From: an uncultured Gammaproteobacteria bacterium
GTDB lineage: Bacteria; Pseudomonadota; Gammaproteobacteria; UBA4575
Direction: 5' to 3'
Assembly (NCBI GenBank): GCA_943789445.1
Contig: CALSUC010000001.1
Location: 468,758-532,757, forward strand
DNA length: 64,000 bases
Positions 1 to 9,002 of this stretch are shown here, in pieces (positions within the stretch are counted from its first letter, which is position 1; every line of letters begins with the position of its first letter). The notes beneath the pieces were generated by a model, which saw nothing but the letters and a program-made list of their open reading frames with translations, did not search any database and was not told the DNA's origin. The translations under genes and the position numbers were made by a program.

Positions 1-69
1 GAGTTCTCTATTGATGAGGTACGTTTGCGTGCGGAAATTAGTCAATGGCAACTGCCGGCAGTGGAGTGA
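1..69 (+). CDS. lolB: C-terminal fragment of a probable LolB outer-membrane lipoprotein (runs off the window start)
   Basis: Frame 1 reads EFSIDEVRLRAEISQWQLPAVE-stop. The ...I.QWQL ending and the position just upstream of ispE match the conserved lolB-ispE order. Confidence 0.55.
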   Translation, partial: EFSIDEVRLRAEISQWQLPAVE

Positions 70-78
70 GCTAAAGCG

Positions 79-921
79 ATGAATGCATCTACTGTCTGGT
101 TGGCACCGGCTAAAATTAATCTGTTTTTACATATCACCGGCCAACGCGCTGATGGCATGCATGAGTTACAGACCGTATTCCAGTTTTTAGAGTTATCTGA
201 TCGATTGCGTTTTATGCCCCTCCCGGATGGCCGGATTAAACAAGCTTCAGCGATCCCAGGGGTGACCCCAGAGCAGGATTTATGTCTGCGTGCTGCACAT
301 TTATTGCGCGATCAGGGTGGGATGACAGCGGGTATTGAGATTTCGCTAGAAAAAAATATTCCAATTGGTGGCGGCTTAGGTGGTGCTAGTTCAGATGCTG
401 CCACCACCTTGCATGCCTTAAATCAGATTTGGGGTTTAGCCGCAAGTGAAGATGATTTAGCCACTTTAGGCCTACAATTAGGCGCAGATGTGCCGATTTT
501 CGTTAGAGGTTTGGCCGCCTGGGCTGAGGGAGTGGGTGAAAAAATCACGCCTTTGACCCTGGCACAACCTTGGTATGCGGTGATCGATACGGGCGTGCAT
601 GTCAGCAGTGCTGAAATGTTTGTAAATTCGCAATTGACACGGAATTGTCCGCGCCTCACAATGTGCCCCCCTCAAGTAGGGACTTACGCTAATGTTTTTG
701 AGCCACTGGTACGAAAACGTTACGCTAAAGTCGACAGGGTTTTTGATTGGTTAGCATCGTTTGGTACGCCATTTTTAACGGGTACTGGAGGGTGTGTTGT
801 AATCGCTTGTGAGAGTGAGCAGGATGCTCTAGCGATTCAGGCGCAAGCGATACACGATGTGCGCGTTCTGGTTGCAAAGGGAAGAAATATTTCCCCATTG
901 CGTCAACAGCTAACTCAATAG
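79..921 (+). CDS. ispE: 4-diphosphocytidyl-2-C-methyl-D-erythritol kinase
   Basis: APAKINLFLHITG..DG.HELQTVFQ, GHMP motif IPIGGGLGGASS, LGADVP, LTGTGGCV. Confidence 0.97.
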   Translation: MNASTVWLAPAKINLFLHITGQRADGMHELQTVFQFLELSDRLRFMPLPDGRIKQASAIPGVTPEQDLCLRAAHLLRDQGGMTAGIEISLEKNIPIGGGLGGASSDAATTLHALNQIWGLAASEDDLATLGLQLGADVPIFVRGLAAWAEGVGEKITPLTLAQPWYAVIDTGVHVSSAEMFVNSQLTRNCPRLTMCPPQVGTYANVFEPLVRKRYAKVDRVFDWLASFGTPFLTGTGGCVVIACESEQDALAIQAQAIHDVRVLVAKGRNISPLRQQLTQ

Positions 922-951
922 AAAATAACCCTTCAATAGGAAGTAAAAGAT

Positions 952-1026
952 TGGGCCGTCGCCAAGTGGTAAGGCACGGGGTTTTGATCTCCGCATTCGT
1001 AGGTTCGAACCCTACCGGCCCAGCCA
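952..1026 (+). tRNA. tRNA-Gln(UUG)
   Basis: TGGGCCG acceptor stem, anticodon arm CGGGG-TTTTGAT-CTCCG, GGTTCGAAC T-loop, encoded CCA; canonical ispE-tRNA-Gln-prs position. Confidence 0.97.
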
Positions 1027-1054
1027 TCCATATTTTACCTAGGTAGTGTGAAGC

Positions 1055-2029
1055 ATGGCTATAAATAGTCGATTACGCGACGATAGTCGTTTGATGATAT
1101 TCGCGGGTACTGCGCATACTCAATTAGCGAAAGATATCTCTGAGAAATTAGGAATCCCTCTCGGTAAAGCGTTGATCAGCCAGTTTAGTGATGGCGAAGT
1201 TCGAGTAGAAATTCAAGAAAACGTACGCGGTGGCGACGTTTTTGTGGTGCAGCCAACCTGTGCGCCCACCAACGACAGCATCATGGAGCTGTTGATTATG
1301 ATCGATGCGCTGAAGCGTTCATCGGCAGAGCGGATTACCGCTGTTATTCCTTATTTTGGATACTCCAGACAAGATCGCCGTGTGCGTTCTCTGCGTGTGC
1401 CGATCTCGGCCAAGGTGGTCGCGAATATGATTTCCTCGGTAGGTGCCGATCGTGTCTTGACGGTAGACCTGCACGCGGATCAGATTCAGGGCTTTTTTGA
1501 TGTGCCAGTGGATAATATCTACGCTTCACCGGTGCTATTAGGCGATATTTATCGTCAAAAGCATAAAAACCTCATCGTCGTATCTCCTGATGTTGGTGGT
1601 GTAGTTCGCGCTCGTGCTGTCGCTAAACGTTTAGATGATGCTGATTTAGCGATCATTGATAAACGTCGACCACAGGCCAATGTGGCGCAGGTAATGCATA
1701 TTATCGGTGAAGTTAAAGGTAAAACCTGTCTCATCGTTGATGATTTGGTCGATACCGCGGGTACTTTGTGTAAGGCGGCACAGGCCTTGAAAGAGCATGG
1801 TGCCGAGTCTGTAATTGCCTATGCCACGCACCCTGTGTTGTCGGGTCGAGCAGTAGAAAATATTGAGGAATCAGTACTCGATGAGTTAGTCGTTACTGAT
1901 TCTATTCCATTGAGTGAAGAGGCTAGATATTGTCCGCGCATTCGTCAGTTGAGTGTCGCTGGTCTGATGGCTGAAACCATTCGCCGCATCAGTAGCGGTG
2001 AGTCGGTTAGCTCGCTCTTTATGGATTAA
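1055..2029 (+). CDS. prs: ribose-phosphate pyrophosphokinase
   Basis: [43 protein letters not shown]-binding DDLVDTAGT. Confidence 0.98.
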   Translation: MAINSRLRDDSRLMIFAGTAHTQLAKDISEKLGIPLGKALISQFSDGEVRVEIQENVRGGDVFVVQPTCAPTNDSIMELLIMIDALKRSSAERITAVIPYFGYSRQDRRVRSLRVPISAKVVANMISSVGADRVLTVDLHADQIQGFFDVPVDNIYASPVLLGDIYRQKHKNLIVVSPDVGGVVRARAVAKRLDDADLAIIDKRRPQANVAQVMHIIGEVKGKTCLIVDDLVDTAGTLCKAAQALKEHGAESVIAYATHPVLSGRAVENIEESVLDELVVTDSIPLSEEARYCPRIRQLSVAGLMAETIRRISSGESVSSLFMD

Positions 2030-2043
2030 ACCGAAGTAAACCG

Positions 2044-2078
2044 CAGCATGGCTGGTCGCAAGCCACGCTGAATTTTTT
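2044..2078 (+). promoter_or_regulatory. hairpin in the rplY leader (probable L25 autoregulatory element, possibly also a prs terminator)
   Basis: CAGCATGGCT-GGTCGCA-AGCCACGCTG stem-loop followed by AATTTTTT; the GGTCGC loop resembles gammaproteobacterial rplY leaders (from memory). Confidence 0.5.
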
Positions 2079-2110
2079 AATGAAGATGCGTAAAGCATTA
2101 GGAGTTAGTC

Positions 2111-2773
2111 ATGAGTTCTAGTTTTTTAATTAATGCAGAGATGCGTGAAGACTTGGGGAAAGGTGCGAGCCGCCGCCTACGTCACGCTGGTAAAGTGCCT
2201 GCAATTATCTACGGCTTCGGTAGCGAACCTGTCTCTGTTACTTTAGATCACAGCAAAATCATCCACAATCTTGAAGAAGAAACCTTCTACTCACAGATTC
2301 TAGAAATTAGCCTAAACGGTAAGACAGAAAGAGTTGTGTTGCGTGACCTACAACGTCACCCAGCTAAAGCTTTAATCATGCATATGGACTTTCAACGTGT
2401 GAATGAAAATGAAGCTATGCATGTACATATTCCACTACACTTCATCGGTGAAGACATCTGTCCTGGCGTTAAGCTGGAATCAGGTGCTGTTAGTCACCAG
2501 ACCACAGAAGTTGAAATTAGCTGTCTACCTAAAGATCTGATCGAGTTTATCGAAGTCGATGTATCTGCATTGAATATCGGTGATTCTATCCACCTAACAG
2601 ACCTTAAACTGCCAGAAGGTGTTTCATTAGTGGCTCTAAGCCATGGTGAAGGCCATGATCAGACAGTAGTTACCGTTCATGTCACCAAGACTGTCGAAGT
2701 TGAAGAGGGCGCTCCAGAAGCACCATCTAATGACGTTGAAGGTGAAGAAGAAGGTGAAGGCGACAGCGAGTAA
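2111..2773 (+). CDS. rplY: 50S ribosomal protein L25 / CTC (long form)
   Basis: GKGASRRLR..GKVPAIIYG, LQRHP...HMDFQR, C-terminal CTC domain and acidic tail. Confidence 0.97.
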   Translation: MSSSFLINAEMREDLGKGASRRLRHAGKVPAIIYGFGSEPVSVTLDHSKIIHNLEEETFYSQILEISLNGKTERVVLRDLQRHPAKALIMHMDFQRVNENEAMHVHIPLHFIGEDICPGVKLESGAVSHQTTEVEISCLPKDLIEFIEVDVSALNIGDSIHLTDLKLPEGVSLVALSHGEGHDQTVVTVHVTKTVEVEEGAPEAPSNDVEGEEEGEGDSE

Positions 2774-2797
2774 TCGCTCAAGCTTAAGGAGTAAAAC

Positions 2798-3379
2798 GTG
2801 GTTGCCAATAGCCCAATCAAACTGATTGTTGGTCTCGGGAATCCCGGTGCTAAATATACTGAAACCCGGCACAATGCCGGGTTTTGGTTTTTAGACCGAC
2901 TGGCCCAGCATTATGGCGTCAGTTTTCGTGAAGAAAGCAAATTCAAAACTGAAGTGGCGGCAGTCGATCTGCCTAGTCATCGTCTCTGGTTACTCAAACC
3001 AACGACCTTCATGAATCTCAGTGGTGAAGCACTGGGACCCTTCGCTAAGTATTATCAAATAGAGCCTGAAAACACATTGGTTGTGCATGATGAACTCGAT
3101 CTGCCAACAGGTGTTTCACGCTTAAAGCGCGCCGGTGGCCATGGTGGTCATAATGGTTTGCGCGATATTTTCAAACATTACAGCAAAGATTTCTGGCGTC
3201 TGCGCGTTGGTATTGGCCATCCTGGGCACAAAGACCAAGTGCTAACCTTTGTCATGAAGTCACCATCGGCCAAAGAAAGACAAATGGTTGATGACTCTAT
3301 TGAGCAGGTGCTCGATACTTTTAACGACGTACTCGCAGGCGATCATGAAGCCGCCATGCGCGTCTTACATGTGAAATAG
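2798..3379 (+). CDS. pth: peptidyl-tRNA hydrolase
   Basis: [33 protein letters not shown]. Confidence 0.98.
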   Translation: MVANSPIKLIVGLGNPGAKYTETRHNAGFWFLDRLAQHYGVSFREESKFKTEVAAVDLPSHRLWLLKPTTFMNLSGEALGPFAKYYQIEPENTLVVHDELDLPTGVSRLKRAGGHGGHNGLRDIFKHYSKDFWRLRVGIGHPGHKDQVLTFVMKSPSAKERQMVDDSIEQVLDTFNDVLAGDHEAAMRVLHVK

Positions 3380-3384
3380 TCGCT

Positions 3385-4479
3385 ATGGGATTCAAGTGTG
3401 GAATTGTCGGTTTGCCAAATGTTGGTAAATCAACCTTATTTAATGCCTTAACGCGTGCAGAAATTGCCGCCGAGAACTACCCATTCTGTACCATCGAGCC
3501 TAATGTTGGCATCGTACCAGTGCCAGACCCACGCTTAGATGCGTTGGCTGCGATTGCTAAATCTGAAAAAGTTATTCCAGCGGTGATGGAGTTTGTCGAC
3601 ATCGCAGGTTTAGTTGCAGGCGCCTCTAAAGGTGAAGGCCTGGGTAACCAGTTTCTAGCCAACATCCGTGAGACCGACGCCATTGCACAGGTCGTACGCT
3701 GCTTTGAAGACGATGATGTGGTGCATGTCGATGGCCGGGTTGATCCTTTGAGTGATGTTGAGACGATTAACACAGAACTGATCTTGGCCGATGTTGATTC
3801 GGTCGACAAAGGTATGCTGCGTTACCAAAAAGTAGCTCGCTCGGGTGATAAAGAAGCACTGGCGAATATTGATCTACTAGAAAAGCTGGCGGCACACCTG
3901 AACGAAGGTAATCCGGCACGTAGTTTTGATGTCGATGAAGATCAACGCAAGATGGTGCGTGACCTACACTTGATTACAGCAAAGCCGATGATGTATATCG
4001 CTAATGTTGACGAAGACGCCTTACAAGATAGTAGTGAGTTGGCTGATCGTCTAGCGGCTCTGGCTGCTGAAGAAAAAGCCCAGTTTGTCACTGTCTGTGC
4101 CCAGATAGAGGCCGAAATCATCCAATTAGAAGATGATGAGCGTGATGAGTTTTTAGCCGATCTTAATTTAACCGAGCCCGGTCTCAATCGTGTTATCCGT
4201 GCCGGCTACGAATTACTCGGCTTACAAACTTACTTCACTGCAGGGCCGAAAGAGGCGCGAGCATGGACAGTGCGCGTCGGTGCCACCGGTCCACAAGCTG
4301 CTGGCGTCATCCACACCGACTTTGAAAAAGGATTTATCCGTGCCGAAGTTATCGCTTTTCAAGATTATATTGATGGCAATGGTGAGCAGGGTGCAAAAGA
4401 TGCTGGGAAGTGGCGTTTAGAAGGCAAGGAATACATCATGATAGAGGCCGATGTTGTCCACTTTCGCTTCAATGTTTGA
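3385..4479 (+). CDS. ychF: redox-regulated ATPase YchF
   Basis: [50 protein letters not shown] domain ending HFRFNV. Confidence 0.98.
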   Translation: MGFKCGIVGLPNVGKSTLFNALTRAEIAAENYPFCTIEPNVGIVPVPDPRLDALAAIAKSEKVIPAVMEFVDIAGLVAGASKGEGLGNQFLANIRETDAIAQVVRCFEDDDVVHVDGRVDPLSDVETINTELILADVDSVDKGMLRYQKVARSGDKEALANIDLLEKLAAHLNEGNPARSFDVDEDQRKMVRDLHLITAKPMMYIANVDEDALQDSSELADRLAALAAEEKAQFVTVCAQIEAEIIQLEDDERDEFLADLNLTEPGLNRVIRAGYELLGLQTYFTAGPKEARAWTVRVGATGPQAAGVIHTDFEKGFIRAEVIAFQDYIDGNGEQGAKDAGKWRLEGKEYIMIEADVVHFRFNV

Positions 4480-4509
4480 TATTCTAGCGCATCGGTTAAG
4501 CCCTCTTAT

Positions 4510-4538
4510 TTGACAGGGTTTCAGTGGTCGCGTATGTT
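4510..4538 (+). promoter_or_regulatory. sigma70 promoter of tRNA-Met
   Basis: TTGACA (4510-4515), 17-nt spacer, TATGTT (4533-4538), then a GC-rich discriminator GCGGC. Confidence 0.8.
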
Positions 4539-4556
4539 GCGGCTTCACTTCGAAAA

Positions 4557-4633
4557 GGCTATGTAGCTCAGTTGGTTAGAGCACAGCATTCATAATGCTG
4601 GGGTCGGTGGTTCGAGTCCACCCATAGCCACCA
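4557..4633 (+). tRNA. tRNA-Met(CAU), elongator type
   Basis: GGCTATG acceptor stem, anticodon arm CAGCA-TTCATAA-TGCTG, GGTTCGAGT, CCA end; resembles enterobacterial metT rather than the initiator tRNA. Confidence 0.95.
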
Positions 4634-4755
4634 TAATTCAAAAGCAGTAAAATCCAAATTCAACCTTTCAAAAACAGGCATAATCTTTATAGCCGTTTTA
4701 TTACTCGGTGTTTGTGTACTTAACAGGGAATTGAGTTAAGTATTAGGAGAGGTAA

Positions 4756-5205
4756 GTGATTGAACACATAACAGAACAGCAAATCCTACTACGATTATCT
4801 TTAGCGATGGTTGTTGGCTTGCTGATAGGGATTGATTCTTGGTACAACCGAAGAAATGCAAGTGTTCGGATTTACTGTGTTGTCGCAGTTACCTCAACGA
4901 TGACCATGATGTTGATAAGTAATCAAACTGGGAATCACCCAGAAGCATTTAGTCGAGTGCTTGCAGGTTTAATTACCGGTTTTGGATTTTTAGGTGGCGG
5001 TATTATTATGCGGCAGTCTGAAACCCACCAATTATTTGGATTAACCACTGCGGCAACAATTTGGGGTTGTGGCTTAATTGGTGCTTGCTTAGGTGCAGGG
5101 CAGTACAGCATTGCAGCACACGCAACAATAGCAATGATGATTGTTCTCTATGTTAATTTAGATGGCCTGATGCAGCGTGTTGGGATCAGAAGAAAATCTG
5201 ATTAA
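4756..5205 (+). CDS. MgtC/SapB family membrane protein (divergent)
   Basis: LLRLSLAMVVGLLIG, SRVLAGLITGFGFLGGGII, GLTTAATIWG..LIG..LGAG; AGGAGAGG RBS before the GTG. Confidence 0.85.
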   Translation: MIEHITEQQILLRLSLAMVVGLLIGIDSWYNRRNASVRIYCVVAVTSTMTMMLISNQTGNHPEAFSRVLAGLITGFGFLGGGIIMRQSETHQLFGLTTAATIWGCGLIGACLGAGQYSIAAHATIAMMIVLYVNLDGLMQRVGIRRKSD

Positions 5206-5560
5206 AGTAAGCCTCAAATAGACCTGCCTGTAATTTTAAAAACCAATATTTTTTACTGGTCTCAGTTCCACATAAGATCTGACGAAACCACTGAGGCATA
5301 TTGGCAATAGCTCATTAGGGCACTCAATCATAAGACTGTTATCAGGAATATTCGTCTTGGAATGCTTTTAGGCTGTTTTAGCAGACATAAGTAGTGCGAA
5401 TATTCATATTTTTGCGGCTGAATTTATATTAAAATAGCGTAGTCATGTGCTTTTCTCGGCAATAACATTCCTTAACATGACGATACTGGCTATGTTTTGG
5501 GCCTAAGTGCCCATCACAATGGTTGAATACAGAACTTACCGTGACCGCGTAAATAGATGT

Positions 5561-6235
5561 ATGGCTATTTTTGACTCAGTAGTATTCATTGTGGCTCGCC
5601 GTCCTCATGCTGCGAGTGGCTTTAAGTTATTTCCTTTTTCCTTGTTTATCTCTTGTGTATTCCTCTTTTCTTCTGCGTTTGCAGCAGAGCCCATCAGTCA
5701 GGCTACTGATTGTACTGAAATGGAAGTGCAGGCCGATATTAATCCAGAGCTGAGTAAAGATGAAAATCTGCAGCGACTGTCAGAGCTGTTTTATGAATCA
5801 CTCAATACAGTCACACATTGTGAATCAGCCAGTGATTCAGTGAGTGGAGCACAGTCTTCCACTGAAGGGGGTATGGGTAATGCTGCGGCCGGTGTTGCTG
5901 CCTCAGATATTAGTGGAACAGAAAGTGATGAGTCCCTGTCAGAGAGTGATGCTGATTCAGATCAAAATGCCTTTGAGGGTACTGCTGAGTATGCGTCTGA
6001 GATGGATGCAATCGAGATGGACGATCTCGACATGGCTGAGCGTGATGCAGAAGAGAAAGGGGGTGGGACTAAGGCGCCTAATGATATCCCGCCGGCTGAT
6101 AATGACTCGATATTCGAAAAGCAGATACGTGAAGCAGCAGAAAATGAAACCGATCCAGAGGTCAAAGAGCGTCTTTGGAATGAATACCGTAAGTACAAAG
6201 GCTTGCCGGTAAAACCAGTTAAGGAGAAGTCATAG
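5561..6235 (+). CDS. secreted acidic hypothetical protein (gene 1 of the envelope operon); start uncertain, ORF open from 5507
   Basis: Hydrophobic stretch ending SSAFA-AE (signal-peptide-like), D/E/S/A-rich middle, helical C-terminus DNDSIFEKQIREAAENETDPEVKERLWNEYRKYKG. Confidence 0.75.
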   Translation: MAIFDSVVFIVARRPHAASGFKLFPFSLFISCVFLFSSAFAAEPISQATDCTEMEVQADINPELSKDENLQRLSELFYESLNTVTHCESASDSVSGAQSSTEGGMGNAAAGVAASDISGTESDESLSESDADSDQNAFEGTAEYASEMDAIEMDDLDMAERDAEEKGGGTKAPNDIPPADNDSIFEKQIREAAENETDPEVKERLWNEYRKYKGLPVKPVKEKS

Positions 6236-7539
6236 TGTGGATGTGGGCTAAGCAGGTAATTATTTATTTGCTGGTACTGAGTATGGTGGCCTGTAATTCA
6301 CAAGCCATGTTCAACACTAAAGATGATTCGGTAGACCAAGCAAGCGTTGGCCCTGCTACCTCATCAAAGATTGAAGCATCGACGGTGGATGAACAGCCGG
6401 TTAGTAAGGGGCGTAAGTTAGACGTCATTATTCCTGTGTTTGACTCAGGGCTAGATGATGAGGTTATTGGTGAGACGGTGTGGGCAGAACTGCGACGTGC
6501 AGAAGCAACTATTTTTGCTAATCAATTAAAAGCAACATTGGATGCGACCGGCCAGTTTGCCGCCGTTAGAGTGACGCCAGATGCTAATGCAACCGGTGAG
6601 CTCTATATTCAAGGCAGGATCGAACAGTCTACTGGACATGATGTTGAGATCTCATTGAGTGTTTCAAGTATTGCTGGTGAAGATGTAATCGCACGTTCTG
6701 GTGCGGGTAGCTTCTCTTTCTCTCGATTAATCAATCGTGATGGACGCTCTATTAAAAGCTTTGAACACACGGTCGATAAAAATTACTTCATGGACCCTAG
6801 GAATAATAAGCAGGAGGCATATCAGCCTGTTTTTGATAAAGCCTCTGACTTTGTTGTGTCACTTTTGAAAAAGTATTCAGAAGCTGAAAAGACCGAGTTG
6901 AGCAGTCTATCTGATCTACGTTTTGCCGCTAGTTTTTCTGAAGATGCATTCTCTGAGTATATGGTGACTAAAAAGGGTGAGACTCATTTAGTCGGCATGC
7001 CCAGTATGGATGACCCGATGTATCAAAAAGTCAGGGCGCTTCGAGTGCGAGATCAATTGTTTATCGATAATCTCCAGAACGAATATCAAGGCTTTAACCA
7101 GCAGATTAATGAAAGTTATCTGTTATGGCAGGAGCAAAGTTTAGAAGAGCATGTCCTGCAGAAAGAGGCTAAAGCACGTTCAACCAAAAAGATATTGGGC
7201 GGCATTGCTTTAATCGGTTTAGCCATATTGTCTGCCTCATCTGATTCTGGACAGAACACTGTTGGTGATAACACAGCTGCAACAGCTGCAGTGACAGCAG
7301 GGGTGGCGGCGGCTGGCCTTATTTCATCAGGCATCCATGATCGTAAAGAAGCAGCGATGCATAACGAAACCATCAAAGAACTAGGTCAGTCGGTTGATAT
7401 TGAAATGTCTCCACAAGTGGTGGCCTTTGAAGAACGTGAAAAAGAATTAGTGGGTGACTCGGCAGAGCAATTTCAACAGTGGCGCTCATTTTTGAAGACG
7501 ATCTATGAGCTAGAAAGAACACCGGATGTTCAGTTGTAA
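6235..7539 (+). CDS. hypothetical lipoprotein with a glycine-zipper-like hydrophobic hairpin (gene 2)
   Basis: Lipobox-like LSMVA-C, Asn at +2; internal KKILGGIALIGLAILSA...TAAVTAGVAAAGLISSG; start overlaps the upstream stop, with AAGGAG RBS. Confidence 0.8.
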   Translation: MWMWAKQVIIYLLVLSMVACNSQAMFNTKDDSVDQASVGPATSSKIEASTVDEQPVSKGRKLDVIIPVFDSGLDDEVIGETVWAELRRAEATIFANQLKATLDATGQFAAVRVTPDANATGELYIQGRIEQSTGHDVEISLSVSSIAGEDVIARSGAGSFSFSRLINRDGRSIKSFEHTVDKNYFMDPRNNKQEAYQPVFDKASDFVVSLLKKYSEAEKTELSSLSDLRFAASFSEDAFSEYMVTKKGETHLVGMPSMDDPMYQKVRALRVRDQLFIDNLQNEYQGFNQQINESYLLWQEQSLEEHVLQKEAKARSTKKILGGIALIGLAILSASSDSGQNTVGDNTAATAAVTAGVAAAGLISSGIHDRKEAAMHNETIKELGQSVDIEMSPQVVAFEEREKELVGDSAEQFQQWRSFLKTIYELERTPDVQL

Positions 7540-7544
7540 ATATC

Positions 7545-9002
7545 ATGTTGAAGGAAGAGGTTGAAGTAGCAAAAGGAAATCAGCGTCAAGGTATTTTGAA
7601 ATTCTTGATAGTGCTTTTGCTGACAGGTTTTTTGTTGGTTGTGGTTTTCTGGTTGTTGCCAAAATTGGTTTCAGTGCCAGACGTAGATAATGACAAGCCA
7701 AGTAAAACAACAAATCAAAGTGCAGCCCAGTCGTTAGGCGATCAAGCGAATAATAAAACGCCTGTTATTAGTTCCCAATATACACAAGAGCAGGCGCTGG
7801 ATGCGATTAAGGCATTTGATCAGCAACTGTTGTTAGTAGAGTCTTATCAGGCTTTGCAGAATGACATAGGCCTTATGCAAAGCATCGATAGAGTGCAAAC
7901 ACAGGTAACACAGGCCTTTACCCAAGCCAATTACGATACGGTGGTGCTTGCTCTGCAACAGTTGAGCCTTGATATTGATCAGGCAATCAATATTGCACAG
8001 CTGGCGTTAGAGCAACATCTGAGAACTGCTAGACAACTATGGCATGAAAAGCAGTTGACGCAGCTGCAAGTGGAACTAAAGCAAGCCCAGGCGATTCAAG
8101 CTGATCTGCCTGAATGGGTAGAGCTGAATGATTTGCTGATGGCGTGGCCTGAAGTGGAATCTCTATTAAGCATTGCAAAAACAGCAGGGTTCGAAGGGCG
8201 CTATCAAGAGCAATTGCAGGCTCTGACAAAGATTAGTCGCTTATCAAATGACCTACCTCAATTGACTCAGCAGATTGCAGATGTGAAAAGACAGGTGGCA
8301 GAAGATCAATATAGACAGGCTATTGCCAAGGCCGATGCCGCTAAGCGGATACCTGATTTAAGGCAGATGCGGGCTGCGATTAATATGGCTCGCCAAGTGT
8401 ATTCCCAACGCCCTGAGGTGATTCGTTTGACTCAAGAACTGGTTGAGTTAGAGCGCCAGCAAGACTATCAATTACAGCTAAGTCAGGCCGAGCTAAGTTT
8501 GACTAAGGATCAGTGGGTCTTGGCATTTAAAAACTTAAGTGCGGCTCATGATTTATATCCTAATCAACGAGATACCCAAGATAAAAAGGCCTTTGTCGCT
8601 GTTTACCTTAAGCTAATGCAAGAAAGTGCTGAGATCTTAAATCAACCAAGCTTGCTGACATCTGCGGTTAAGCGAAAGCGTGCGGCGAATATGCTGGATG
8701 GGATGGTTTTATATCGCAGTCTCAGTCTGCGTATGGCGAATATTGAAACCGAGTTGAGTAAGCAGCTTCAGCGTTATTCGCAAAAGGTAACATTGAAGGT
8801 ACTGTCAGATAATAAAACCTATGTCGAAGTCCGTAGTGTTGGCAAAGTGGGTGTTGTTGCAGAGAAGACGATCTCATTACTGCCTGGCAACTATTTGTTT
8901 GAAGGTAAACGCGTTGGCTATGTAACAAAGACGGTTAAGGTGATTATTACTCCTGAGGATCTGGATAAACAAGTGAAGGTGATTGCCAATGAGCGAATTT
9001 GA
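7545..9002 (+). CDS. single-pass membrane protein, long helical/TPR-like region, C-terminal PEGA-like beta domain (gene 3)
   Basis: TM ILKFLIVLLLTGFLLVVVFWLL; Q/L/A-rich helices; C-terminal ISLLPGNYLFEGKRVGYVTKTVKV. Confidence 0.75.
   Translation: MLKEEVEVAKGNQRQGILKFLIVLLLTGFLLVVVFWLLPKLVSVPDVDNDKPSKTTNQSAAQSLGDQANNKTPVISSQYTQEQALDAIKAFDQQLLLVESYQALQNDIGLMQSIDRVQTQVTQAFTQANYDTVVLALQQLSLDIDQAINIAQLALEQHLRTARQLWHEKQLTQLQVELKQAQAIQADLPEWVELNDLLMAWPEVESLLSIAKTAGFEGRYQEQLQALTKISRLSNDLPQLTQQIADVKRQVAEDQYRQAIAKADAAKRIPDLRQMRAAINMARQVYSQRPEVIRLTQELVELERQQDYQLQLSQAELSLTKDQWVLAFKNLSAAHDLYPNQRDTQDKKAFVAVYLKLMQESAEILNQPSLLTSAVKRKRAANMLDGMVLYRSLSLRMANIETELSKQLQRYSQKVTLKVLSDNKTYVEVRSVGKVGVVAEKTISLLPGNYLFEGKRVGYVTKTVKVIITPEDLDKQVKVIANERI

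Noticed and set aside
5243-5304. Nested stems (CCAATAT/ATATTGG, CTCAGT/ACTGAG) containing CTGACGA, resembling a hammerhead core
   Set aside because: No stem II and no separate GAAA after CTGANGA, so the catalytic core cannot be assembled
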